Source: Acidimicrobiia bacterium (GTDB lineage Bacteria; Actinomycetota; Acidimicrobiia; Spongiisociales; SHLN01). Taken from it: 45,411 bases of DNA. The notes under the pieces are model-generated. The model had not been told where the DNA came from. It worked only from the letters and a program-made list of their open reading frames with translations, and made no database searches. Numbering within the stretch: position 1 is the stretch's first letter; every line of letters begins with the position of its first letter. The translations under genes were made by a program, and so were the position numbers. The stretch lies in NCBI GenBank assembly GCA_041619515.1, contig JBFKDW010000015.1, forward strand, positions 1 to 45,411, written 5' to 3'. Of this stretch, positions 1 to 10,987 are shown piece by piece.

Positions 1-3000
1 CCGGTGGCCGACGCCAACGGCTCGGCCGATATCACGATCGAGTTGCGAGATGACGGAGGCACGGCCAATGGTGGGGACGACACCTCTCCCAGTGTCACCT
101 TCACCATCACGGTGTCGGATGTGAACGATCCACCCGTCGCCTCCGACATCACGCTGACCGTCAACGAGTCGGATCCGAATGGCAGCTACCTCGGCACCGT
201 GCCGGCGGTGGACATCGACCTACCGCCCGACACGCTCACCTGGAGCATCCTCAGCGGGAACGCGGACGGTGCCTTCGATATCGACCCTCCGACCGGTGAC
301 ATCATCCTCGTCGACAACTCACCACTCGACTACGAGCTCACGCCGACCTATGTCCTGGTCGTCGAGGTGTCGGATGGTAATGGGGGCTCCGACACCGCCT
401 CAGTGACGATCGACGTGTTCGGATCCCGCCTCTCCACGACCCTCACCGACACTCTCCTGGTCGATGCCGACGGCGACACCGTCGCCTCACCCGGAGATAG
501 CCTGAGGTACACGGCCACCATCACCAATGCCGGCAACGGTGCCGCCTTCGGCGTGCTCTTCTCCGATCTCGTCACCGACCCCTCGCTCGCATTCATGTCC
601 GGGACGGTGGCGACCAGCCAGGGAACAGTCCTCGTCGGCGGGCTGGCCGGCGACTCCAACGTCGTCGTCGACGCCGCCACCGTGGCCGCCGGGGCAGTGA
701 TCACGGTCACCTACGACGTGGTGATCGAGCCCTCTCTGCCTCCGGGGACGACGGTGGTCGCCACCCAGGGTGTGGTCTCGGGCCGGGGCATCGGAGCCCA
801 CCTGACCGACGACCCGGACACCGTGCCGCCCTCCGATCCCACGGCGACCGCAGTCTCGCCCGTTCCGCAGCTCTCAGCCGACAAAGCCGCCTCCCTGTCC
901 GTCGACGCCGATGGAGACGGTTTCGTCTCGCCCGGAGACACGATCCGGTACACGATCACCATGCGCAACGACGGCAACGCCGACGTCGGCAACCTCACCT
1001 TCCACGATATCCTCGCCGACTCCAATCTGGAGCTCCTGGCAGGAACCACGGTCACGAGTCTGGGGTCGGTGACGTCGGGCAACGGCGCCGGTGATCTCTC
1101 CGTGGAGGTCTTCGTCGGGACCTTGCCGGGCGCCGGGGGAACTGCAACCGTCGAGTTCGACGCCCGCATCCGCTCGCCGTTCCCGACCGGAGCAAACTCG
1201 GTGAGCAATCAGGGATCGCTGTCTGGGAGCAACACACCCGCAGTCCTCACCGATGACCCGAGTCTGCCCGGCGCGACGGACCCAACTCTGATCCCCGTGG
1301 CGGCCACACCCGATGTCACTGCTAGCAAGGACGATTTCCTGCTGGTCGACGGCGACGGCGACGGTGTGGCCGCCCCGGGCGACGTCATCCGGTACACGGT
1401 CGTCGTCGCCAACAACGGGTCGTCCGATGCGGCCGGCGTGGTGTTCGGCGACGATGTTGCCGACCCGCTGATGACGCTCGTCCCGGGCTCGGTGACGGCC
1501 ACTAGCGGAACCATCACGTCCGGCAATGAGCCCGGCGCCACCGTCGTTGCAGTCGACATCGGCGCAGTGTCCGGAGGGGGCGGATCGGTCGCGATCACGT
1601 TCGATGTCAAGATTGCCGATTCCGTGCCGCACGGGACGGCTTCGGTGAGCAACGTCGGTTCGGTCGGGCCGGTGGCTACCGAAGATCCCAACGGCGGGGG
1701 CCCCACCGTGACGCCGCTCGAGGCCGGTCCCGATCTCGAAATAGCCAAGACCGACCTCGGGGCGGGGGCCGAGCCCGGCGGGGTGCTTCTGTACATGATC
1801 TCGTATCAGAACCGGGGCACCGAGGACGCCGCCGGCGTGGTGCTCACCGAAACTGTCCCGGACCATGCCACCTACCGGGCGTCCGGCAGCAGCAGCGGTT
1901 GGAGCTGCCCCGACGGTGCTGCGGCCGGATCCGTGTGCACGTTGCCGGTCGGCGTGGTCCCGACCGGGTCGGCCGGCGCAGCGGCATTTGCCGTCACCGT
2001 CGACGCGACGATCCCGGCCGGGGTGTTCGCGTTGTCCAACACCGCTTCCATCGCAGGCATCGGACCGGACATCAATCCGGCCAACAACGAAGTCACCCTC
2101 CCGACCTCGCTCGGCGAAGCCCTCATCACCGGGTCGGTGTGGGTGGACCTCGACAACGACGGCAGCTTCGAGGCCGGCGAGCCGGCCCTGGCCGGAGCGG
2201 CCGTTCGGCTGACCCATGTCGCCAGCGGGACGGTGACGCCCGGAGTGGTCGCAGCCGACGGATCGTTTGCGTTCGGCGGCCTGGCGGCCGGTGATTTCCT
2301 CGTCGAGATCGATGATTCGTCGGTGCCGGCGGGTGTGAGCGCGACCAGCGCCACGATGGCGCTCATCAGCTCCGGCCCCGGCACCCCGGTCCCCGCCGGC
2401 GTGATCTCCGTTGCATCCGGCCAGGTATGGAGCGTCCAATTCCCGTACGCGGGAACCGGCTCGCTGGGCGGGACAGTGTGGAAAGACCTCGACGGAGATG
2501 GTATCCGGGAGGCCGGTGAGCCGGCCATCGGGGGGGTGACCGTCACCGCGTCTGCCTCCGGCTATGAGTGGACTTCGGTGAGCGACGCTGCGGGCGCATA
2601 TCGCTTCGAGCTCCTGGCGCCCGACACCTACGTCGTCGACGTCACGGACGGTGCGCCTGCCAATGCGGCGGCAACCGGAAGCGGGCTGCCGGTCACCATC
2701 GGCTTGGCTCCGGGGCTCGCTCTCGGCTCGCTCGACATCGGATTCCACGAGATGGCCGACCTGGCGCTGGCCGTCAACCTCTACGACGCGCCGAATGTCG
2801 GCGCTCCAGTCACGTACCTGTTCACAATCACCAACAACGGCCCGGCCGCTTCCGGGCCGGTATCGGCCACCAGCCTGCTGCCCGGTGGGTTCGACCTCAC
2901 CACCGCCGGTGGAGGCGGCTGGAACTGCGAGCTGTCTGCCCAGCTGGTGTGCTCAGGGCCCCCGCTCGCCGCCGGCGCAACCTCGACGCTGGCGGTCACC

Positions 3001-3255
3001 GGTGTCATCACAGCCTCTGAAGGAGTCACCCTCACGATCCTGGGAGCGGTCACCTCCACCACCCCGGATTCGGACCTGTCCAACAACCAGGCAGCGCTGA
3101 GCGCAGGCGTTGGTCAGCTTCCGCAGACCGGCATCAACGCCGATACGGTCGGGCTGTACGGGCTGCTCCTGCTGCTGGCCGGCCTCCTCCTGCTGCTGGC
3201 TGCGTTCCTGGCCGACCGGCAGCGCCGCCGCGACGGGGGCTCCTTCCCCGCCTGA
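1..3255 (+). CDS. Large sortase-anchored surface protein (cadherin-like domain, DUF11-type repeats, two SdrD-B-like domains, LPXTG); 5'-truncated
   Basis: Open from the window edge. Cadherin motifs DVNDPPV and LDYELTPTYVLVVEVSDG; three DxDGDxxxxPGDxxRYT repeats; SdrD-B-like ITGSVWVDLDNDG and LGGTVWKDLDGDG; C-terminal LPQTG, hydrophobic helix and RQRRR tail. Confidence 0.85.
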   Translation, partial: PVADANGSADITIELRDDGGTANGGDDTSPSVTFTITVSDVNDPPVASDITLTVNESDPNGSYLGTVPAVDIDLPPDTLTWSILSGNADGAFDIDPPTGDIILVDNSPLDYELTPTYVLVVEVSDGNGGSDTASVTIDVFGSRLSTTLTDTLLVDADGDTVASPGDSLRYTATITNAGNGAAFGVLFSDLVTDPSLAFMSGTVATSQGTVLVGGLAGDSNVVVDAATVAAGAVITVTYDVVIEPSLPPGTTVVATQGVVSGRGIGAHLTDDPDTVPPSDPTATAVSPVPQLSADKAASLSVDADGDGFVSPGDTIRYTITMRNDGNADVGNLTFHDILADSNLELLAGTTVTSLGSVTSGNGAGDLSVEVFVGTLPGAGGTATVEFDARIRSPFPTGANSVSNQGSLSGSNTPAVLTDDPSLPGATDPTLIPVAATPDVTASKDDFLLVDGDGDGVAAPGDVIRYTVVVANNGSSDAAGVVFGDDVADPLMTLVPGSVTATSGTITSGNEPGATVVAVDIGAVSGGGGSVAITFDVKIADSVPHGTASVSNVGSVGPVATEDPNGGGPTVTPLEAGPDLEIAKTDLGAGAEPGGVLLYMISYQNRGTEDAAGVVLTETVPDHATYRASGSSSGWSCPDGAAAGSVCTLPVGVVPTGSAGAAAFAVTVDATIPAGVFALSNTASIAGIGPDINPANNEVTLPTSLGEALITGSVWVDLDNDGSFEAGEPALAGAAVRLTHVASGTVTPGVVAADGSFAFGGLAAGDFLVEIDDSSVPAGVSATSATMALISSGPGTPVPAGVISVASGQVWSVQFPYAGTGSLGGTVWKDLDGDGIREAGEPAIGGVTVTASASGYEWTSVSDAAGAYRFELLAPDTYVVDVTDGAPANAAATGSGLPVTIGLAPGLALGSLDIGFHEMADLALAVNLYDAPNVGAPVTYLFTITNNGPAASGPVSATSLLPGGFDLTTAGGGGWNCELSAQLVCSGPPLAAGATSTLAVTGVITASEGVTLTILGAVTSTTPDSDLSNNQAALSAGVGQLPQTGINADTVGLYGLLLLLAGLLLLLAAFLADRQRRRDGGSFPA

Positions 3256-3331
3256 ACCATCCCCCGGCCACCCTGACGGCGGGCACCACTCCGGCGCTAG
3301 CCTGAAATGTGTTCTGAGCACAGGAGGCGCG

Positions 3332-4270
3332 ATGAGCAAGGTGACGGTTGTCGGGGCCGGCAAATACGGGTCAACGACCGCGATGCGGTTGGCGGAAGCC
3401 GATATCGTCGACGAAGTCGTGATGACCGACATCGTCGAGGGGCTGCCCCAGGGCCTGGCGCTCGACATCAACCAATCGCGTCCGCTGCTCGGCTACCGCA
3501 CGCGTATCACCGGCGCCAACGACTATGCGGCCACTGCCGGCAGCGATGTCGTGGTCATCACCGCCGGCCTGCCCCGCAAGCCCGGCATGAGCCGAATGGA
3601 CCTGCTGGAAGTCAACGCCAAGATCGTCAAGGACGTGACGCTGCAGATTGCCAGTCACTCTCCTGACGCCATCATCATCAATGTGACAAATCCTCTCGAC
3701 CACATGACAACCCTGGCAGCCGAAGTTTCGGGCTTCTCCACCGAGCGGGTGATGGGCCAGGCTGGGATGCTCGACTCGGCCCGGTTCGCCCACTTCATCG
3801 CCGAAGCCACGGGTGCCGACATTCTCGAAGTAGAGGCTCTCACCCTCGGAAGCCACGGGGAGACGATGGTGCCGGTGCCTTCGCAGACCAAGGTGGGCCC
3901 CAAACTGCTCTCGGACGTGCTCGATGCCTCCGCCGTCGAGGAGCTGGTCGACCGCACTCGCAAGGGCGGTGCCGAGGTGGTGGCGCTGCTCAAGACCGGC
4001 AGCGCCTACTTCGCGCCCTCCGCCGCCGCTTCCAAGATGGTCGAAGCCGTCATCGGCGACACGGGCCAAATGATGCCCGTTTGCGCATGGATGAGCGGTG
4101 AGTACGGCATCTCCGACGTTTATCTCGGTGTCCCCGCCCGGCTCGGCAGGGAAGGGGTCAAGGAGATCGTGGAATTGCCGCTCACCGATACCGAGGCCGC
4201 GGCCCTCACCGCCGCCGCCGCTGCGGTGAAGGAGAAGGTGGACGAGCTCCACGAACTCGAGCTCGACTGA
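3332..4270 (+). CDS. mdh: Malate dehydrogenase (LDH-like type)
   Basis: GAGKYG Rossmann motif, ITAGLPRKPGMSRMDLL, VTNPLD, LDSARF, GSHGE. ATG at 3332 follows RBS AGGAGG (3322-3327). Confidence 0.95.
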   Translation: MSKVTVVGAGKYGSTTAMRLAEADIVDEVVMTDIVEGLPQGLALDINQSRPLLGYRTRITGANDYAATAGSDVVVITAGLPRKPGMSRMDLLEVNAKIVKDVTLQIASHSPDAIIINVTNPLDHMTTLAAEVSGFSTERVMGQAGMLDSARFAHFIAEATGADILEVEALTLGSHGETMVPVPSQTKVGPKLLSDVLDASAVEELVDRTRKGGAEVVALLKTGSAYFAPSAAASKMVEAVIGDTGQMMPVCAWMSGEYGISDVYLGVPARLGREGVKEIVELPLTDTEAAALTAAAAAVKEKVDELHELELD

Positions 4271-4331
4271 GGGCCCGGCCGGCACCCCTATTACCATGGC
4301 GGCGCGAACAAACCCACCGTAAGGAGTACCC

Positions 4332-4718
4332 ATGGCCGTGAAGTTCCTCTCGGAGGACTGGCTGAGCGCCTCGAACCAGACCCTGGCAGCCGACGCCGAC
4401 TACAGGTCGGCCACCGAAACGACCGATCTCACCCTGCAATTCGTGGTCACCGACGCCCCGGGTGGGGATGTCGAATACAACGTCACCATGGCAGACGGCA
4501 CCACCACCTTTGCTCCCGGCGCCCTCGAGGGCGCCGATGCCACCATCCGCAACGGCTACGACACCGCCAAGGCCATCTCGCAGGGCGATCTCAACACCCA
4601 GGCGGCATTCATCTCCGGCAAGCTCAAAGTCGAGGGCAACCTCGCCAAGATCATGATGAACCAGAGTGCCCTGACGGCGCTGGCCAACGGGCTGAAAGAC
4701 ATGGAGATCGAGTACTAG
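4332..4718 (+). CDS. SCP2 sterol/lipid-binding domain protein
   Basis: N-terminal FLSEDW and C-terminal AFISGKLKVEGNLAKIM are typical of SCP2. RBS AAGGAG. Confidence 0.85.
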   Translation: MAVKFLSEDWLSASNQTLAADADYRSATETTDLTLQFVVTDAPGGDVEYNVTMADGTTTFAPGALEGADATIRNGYDTAKAISQGDLNTQAAFISGKLKVEGNLAKIMMNQSALTALANGLKDMEIEY

Positions 4719-4758
4719 AAGAGCCCGCCTCCCGGCAGTGTCGCCGAGGGGCCGTGAC

Positions 4759-5519
4759 CTAGCTCTTCTGTCCGGCCAGCCGCCGCTGCTTCACCTTGGC
4801 GCGGGCGTAGTCACGGTTCATGAGGGCGATGAAGTCGAGGCTGATGTCCTTGGGACAGGCCGAGGCGCATTCGCCGATGTTGGTGCAGGACCCGAAGAAC
4901 TCCTCCATCGTGTCGACCATATCGACGGTCCGCGACCAGCGCTCCGGCTGGCCCTGGGGCAGGAGGTTCAGCTGCGTGATCTTGGCGGCGGTGAAGAGCT
5001 GGGCGGCACCGTTCGGGCAGGCTGCCACGCATGCTCCGCATCCGATGCAGGCGGCGGCGTCCATGGCAGCATCGGCTGCCTCTTTCGGGACGGGGATCAG
5101 GTTGGCGTCGGGGGCGCTCCCGGTGGGAACGGATATGAATCCCCCCGCCTCGATGATCCGGTCCAGTGCGCTCCGATCCACCACCAGGTCGCGCACAATC
5201 GGGAATCCGGCAGCTCGCCACGGCTCGATCGTGATGACCGCACCGTCGGTGAACTTGCGCATGTGCAGCTGACAGGTGGCCGTGCTCCGCTGAGGCCCGT
5301 GCGGGATGCCGTCGATCATGAGGCTGCACGTTCCACAGATGCCTTCCCGGCAATCGTGGTCGAACTCGATGGGAAGCTGCCCCCCTTCGATGAGCTGCTC
5401 GTTGACGGTGTCGAGCATCTCGAGGAACGACATCTCCGGGCTGATGCCCTTGGCGTCGTAGATGACGAATGCTCCGGGGCGATCGGGGCCCTCCTGGCGC
5501 CACACTTTGAGGGTGAGGT

Positions 5520-5523
<4 letters not shown>
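4759..5523 (-). CDS. sdhB: Succinate dehydrogenase/fumarate reductase Fe-S subunit
   Basis: [21 protein letters not shown] and [12 protein letters not shown] clusters. GTG at 5523 overlaps the sdhA stop (GTGA). Confidence 0.95.
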
Positions 5524-7450
<1,927 letters not shown>

Positions 7451-7454
<4 letters not shown>

Positions 7455-8173
7455 GACCCCACCAGACCGGTCGTTATCGCCAGCGGGATGCTCACGTTTC
7501 CGACAACGATGACCGCCGTGAGGCCCAGCGCGAAGTTGCGTCGCCACTTGTTGAATCTCGGGCTGGTGACACCAAGGCTCTGGAACAGGCTCCAGGTCCC
7601 GTGCAGGATGTGGAGGCCGAGCGCCAGGTTGGCGACGACGTACCACCCGGCGGTAACCGGGTTTTCGAGGCCGAGGATGAGGTTGCTGCGGGCGTCACCG
7701 CGCACGAAGTCGGGGTTGAGCCACTCGACGCCCCAGGTGAGGTGGGCGAGGTGGTAGACGATGAAGGCGAGCACGATGATGCCGGTGGTGAGCATGTAAC
7801 GGGAGGCGAAGGTGGCTTCCACCCACTGTTGCCGCTCGTAGCCGATCGGCTTGGCCTTGCGGTTCTTCCACCACAGGGTGAACCCGGCGTGCACGTGGAC
7901 CGCGAAGGCGGCGAGCAGGCCGAGCCTGGCCAGCCACAGGATGAACGTGCGGCTGAAGATGGGCTCGCCGAAATCTCGCAAGCCCTCGGCGTATTCGTTG
8001 AATCGGGCCGGCTCTTCGTACAGGTGCAGGTTGCCGAACATGTGGAAGAAGACGAACCCGAGCCCGACGATTCCAGAAACAGCCATGACCCATTTACGGC
8101 CGACGTTCGAGCCATAGAACTCGAGAAACCAGGGGAGGGAACGTTTCGCAGGTGGTGCCTTGGTGGTGGTCAT
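7451..8173 (-). CDS. sdhC: Succinate dehydrogenase cytochrome b subunit (single-anchor, dihaem type)
   Basis: [22 protein letters not shown] and [14 protein letters not shown] motifs; about five TM helices; first gene of sdhCAB. Confidence 0.9.
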
Positions 8174-8319
8174 GGCTACGCCAAAGTTAGCAATCCGGCC
8201 GTCCCCAACCGAACTGCCGCCTCGCGCCGATCTCCGCCCCGCAGGCTTGGGTCCTCCCCCTCCGTCATGGGACGGGCCAAGCTCGAGGGGTCCAGGACGA
8301 GCATGGCCGAGATCCAGAT

Positions 8320-8348
8320 TTGACCCGCGCGCGCCGGCTGCCTAAATT
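8320..8348 (+). promoter_or_regulatory. Housekeeping sigma (SigA/HrdB-type) promoter of whiB
   Basis: TTGACC (8320-8325), 17 bp spacer, TAAATT (8343-8348), lying 36 nt before the whiB start. Confidence 0.7.
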
Positions 8349-8384
8349 ACAAGAACGTAATTACACGTCTGTGAGAGGTGGGAG

Positions 8385-8666
8385 TTGGACACGAAGCTGA
8401 TTGAGGCCCTGGTGCTCGACAAATTGTCGTGGCAGGACTTTGCGAACTGCAGTGGGGCCGATCAAGACCTGTTCTTCCCCGAACGAGGCGCATCGACCCG
8501 CAAGGCAAAAGCGATCTGTGGCGCCTGTACCGTCAAAGCCGAATGTCTCGAGTTCGCCATCACCCAGGGTGAGCGATTCGGGATATGGGGCGGCATGTCC
8601 GAGCGTGAGCGGCGCAAGATCCGCCGGCAGCGGGCGCTGATCGCCAAGGCTCGCGAGGTTTCCTGA
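8385..8666 (+). CDS. whiB: WhiB family Fe-S transcriptional regulator (WhiB2/WhmD-like)
   Basis: Four Cys (C..DQDLFFPERG..C..C..C) and GIWGGMSERERR. TTG start. Confidence 0.93.
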   Translation: MDTKLIEALVLDKLSWQDFANCSGADQDLFFPERGASTRKAKAICGACTVKAECLEFAITQGERFGIWGGMSERERRKIRRQRALIAKAREVS

Positions 8667-8799
8667 GCGGGGAGCCGATCCCCGCAGCCTCGCAGGCGGA
8701 CATGCCGGGCTGCGCTCGCTAACCCTCCGTTTCCGGCGACGGCTCGTGCGGCGCCGCTCTTGGCTCTAGGATTCGCCTCGAGCACCTGATAGGGGACCA

Positions 8800-9720
8800 A
8801 TGGGCGCCGCCATCGGCATCATCATCTTCATCGCTGTGGTGGCGATCATTGCCTACTTCGTGTTCCGCGGGGTCAAGGCCCCCCCACCCGAGCTGGGAAC
8901 GAAGAAAGCAGGCGGCGAGCCAATCCGGCCGGTGCCACCGGTCGCCGAATTCCACGTCAAGGGCGAAGCCGCCAATGTCTACTTCGATGTCCCGCTTCCG
9001 GATGCCGGCGACGCCGTGCTCGAGAAGCTGCTGCTGCACGAGGCCGTCGAGGTGGTCCGCGAGAAGCGCCACACCCTCCCCATCGACCAGGTAGTACGGG
9101 TCGTGGCGTTCGCAAGAGGCGCAGACGGGTTCACCCAGATCGGCGTGGTGGGGCTCGAGACCCCCGGCACGCTGCCACCGCCGGCGCCCCCGCCCACAGT
9201 CTTCAAACACACTGCTCCCGACCCGCTCGCCGCCTTTGGGAGCTCCTCCAGCAGCGCCGCCCCGGGAGTGACCGCCCGGGTGCCCGAGGAGGGCCTCGGG
9301 CCGGCCGGGGCCGACCTCGCGCTTCCAACCCGCATCGAGTCCGGCCTGCGTTTGCAGGGCTTGGAACCGGCGTCGACGCCGGCGGGCGAAATGGTGCTCG
9401 GGCTCCTGAGACTGACCGGTTTCACGGTATCGGAGATCGAGGGGACCGAGGGGCACCAGAGCTATACGGCATCCAATCCATCGGGGCGAACCTACATCTG
9501 GGTGGATCCCTTCGCCGAGGCGGAGCATCCAGAGCTGAGCGAAAAGGTCATCAATCGGTTCATGGTCGCCTTCGGGCAATCGGGCCACGATCGCGGCCTG
9601 CTCGTCTCCGACAAGTTCGGGCCCTTCCTCGTGTACGAGAAGGAGCGGCGCGAGCCGCGGGTGCGTTTCGTGACCCGTGAGCGGCTCCAGCAATTCGTGG
9701 ATTCGCTCGCGCTGACGTGA
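8800..9720 (+). CDS. Membrane-anchored hypothetical protein with C-terminal Mrr-like (restriction endonuclease fold) region
   Basis: N-terminal TM helix and Pro-rich linker. The C-terminal pattern EMVLGLLRLTGFTV...INRFMVAF...DRGLLVS...VRFVTRERL resembles Mrr_cat. The fold call is an inference. Confidence 0.6.
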   Translation: MGAAIGIIIFIAVVAIIAYFVFRGVKAPPPELGTKKAGGEPIRPVPPVAEFHVKGEAANVYFDVPLPDAGDAVLEKLLLHEAVEVVREKRHTLPIDQVVRVVAFARGADGFTQIGVVGLETPGTLPPPAPPPTVFKHTAPDPLAAFGSSSSSAAPGVTARVPEEGLGPAGADLALPTRIESGLRLQGLEPASTPAGEMVLGLLRLTGFTVSEIEGTEGHQSYTASNPSGRTYIWVDPFAEAEHPELSEKVINRFMVAFGQSGHDRGLLVSDKFGPFLVYEKERREPRVRFVTRERLQQFVDSLALT

Positions 9721-9850
9721 CGCGTCCGGTTCGGAGTCGGGAGCCCGTGAATCTCCGATCGCTTGTCGAACCCGCCGGCCTGCCCGGCCGGCGGCATAGG
9801 AGCGGCCACGACAGGAGGAAGCGGTATCCTGCGGTCGAAAGAGGAGGCAC

Positions 9851-10030
9851 ATGCGCGGACTCGGCTGGCCAGAGCTGATTGTGATTCTCGTCGTCGTGAT
9901 TCTGCTGTTCGGGGCGTCGCGGCTGCCGATGCTCGCCCGCAGCATCGGATCCTCCGCCAGAGAGTTCCGGAAGGGCCTCGAGTCCGGCTCGGGGGAAGAA
10001 GTCGAGGATGAGAGCTCCAACGGTTCGTAG
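9851..10030 (+). CDS. tatA: Twin-arginine translocase TatA/E subunit (59 aa, absent from the ORF track)
   Basis: Translates to MRGLGWPELIVILVVVILLFGASRLPMLARSIGSSAREFRKGLESGSGEEVEDESSNGS*. RBS GAGGAGG at 9841-9847. Confidence 0.92.
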   Translation: MRGLGWPELIVILVVVILLFGASRLPMLARSIGSSAREFRKGLESGSGEEVEDESSNGS

Positions 10031-10045
10031 GACCCCTCCGGGGCG

Positions 10046-10072
10046 GGAACTCTTTTACGCCCGCGTTCCGTT
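10046..10072 (+). promoter_or_regulatory. ECF sigma promoter (candidate SigE autoregulation)
   Basis: GGAAC (10046-10050), N18, CGTT (10069-10072), 10 nt before the sigE ATG. Matches the actinobacterial SigE/SigH-type GGAAC...GTT consensus. Confidence 0.65.
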
Positions 10073-10082
10073 ACTTGTCTAG

Positions 10083-10592
10083 ATGGCCTCGAGCGAGGCC
10101 GTACCCACCTGGGAGCAAGTGGCCAGTGACTATGGGCGTGTCATCTACAACTTTGCCTACCGGCTCACCGGTAACCGTGATGACGCCTCCGATCTGTCTC
10201 AGGAAGTCCTCCTCCGCGTCCGGCGGGGCCTTCCCAGCTACCAGCCCGGCTCGTTCGAGGGATGGCTGTGGCGCATCACGAGGAATGCCTTCCTCGACGA
10301 GGTCCGCAAGCGGCAGCGGCGCCCGACCACGGAGCTTCCCGATGAGGATCGCTCACCTCTGGCGGCTGCACCGGCCCCCGAACAGGTGCTGGACGAGACC
10401 CGGCTCAGCCAAGACGTGCAGCGTGCCCTGCTGGAGCTCCCGTACGATTTTCGGGAGGCGGTTGTGATGTGCGACGTGGTTGGTCTCACCTACCAGGAGA
10501 TCGCGGACGCGGTGGACGTTCCCGTCGGCACGGTCCGGAGCCGCATCCATCGGGGCCGTCTCATGCTGCGCGAAGCCCTGGAGGCTGTGTGA
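10083..10592 (+). CDS. sigE: ECF RNA polymerase sigma factor, mycobacterial SigE-like
   Basis: PTWEQV..YNFAYRLTGNRDDASDLSQE..YQPGSFEGWLWRITRNAFLD, and region 4 YQEIADAVDVPVGTVRSRIHRGR. Confidence 0.88.
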   Translation: MASSEAVPTWEQVASDYGRVIYNFAYRLTGNRDDASDLSQEVLLRVRRGLPSYQPGSFEGWLWRITRNAFLDEVRKRQRRPTTELPDEDRSPLAAAPAPEQVLDETRLSQDVQRALLELPYDFREAVVMCDVVGLTYQEIADAVDVPVGTVRSRIHRGRLMLREALEAV

Positions 10593-10987
10593 TGCATCTC
10601 GGTGACCGGTTGTCGGCCTATCTCGACTCGCAGACCGATGAGTCGTCCCGGCTCTCGATCGAGTCACACCTCGCCGGCTGCGAAACGTGCAGTGAGGAGC
10701 TGGCCTCGGTTGCCGCCGCCCGCACCCGGCTGCGGGCTCTCCCTCTCCTCGAGCCGCCTGTAGGAGCTCTCGAGCCGATCGCCGAGGTGGTCCCGCTGCG
10801 CCGGGCCCGCCGGGTACTGGCCGCTGCCGCCGCGGTCACCGCCCTGGTCGTCGGAGTCGGCTTTGGGGTCAACGGCAACCAGAGCGTTCCGCTCGAGCTC
10901 GATGCCGTGGTCGAGCAGCACATGGCCCGGGCCTCGGTCGACCCGGGGTTCAACGTAATCCAGGTGCAGGCGGTGTTCGGCCGATGA
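10592..10987 (+). CDS. Zinc-finger (zf-HC2/ZAS) membrane anti-sigma factor, RseA-like
   Basis: HLGDRLSAYLD...HLAGCETC (HxxxCxxC) plus a TM helix. The ATG overlaps the sigE stop. Confidence 0.88.
   Translation: MHLGDRLSAYLDSQTDESSRLSIESHLAGCETCSEELASVAAARTRLRALPLLEPPVGALEPIAEVVPLRRARRVLAAAAAVTALVVGVGFGVNGNQSVPLELDAVVEQHMARASVDPGFNVIQVQAVFGR

Noticed and set aside
874..2748. 624-aa reverse-strand ORF and similar long shadow ORFs (e.g. 16171-18690, 19710-21629, 23165-24841, 33860-35329, 43246-44859)
   Set aside because: They lie antisense to well-supported genes, have no recognisable motifs, and are expected in high-GC DNA where stop codons are rare.
3110..3331. ORF-track N-terminal extensions of mdh (also sdhA, sdhB, anti-sigma, GT4, tagA, moaE, divIVA-like)
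   Set aside because: They overlap upstream genes. Downstream starts have an RBS, coupling overlaps or -10 boxes and give family-typical N-termini.
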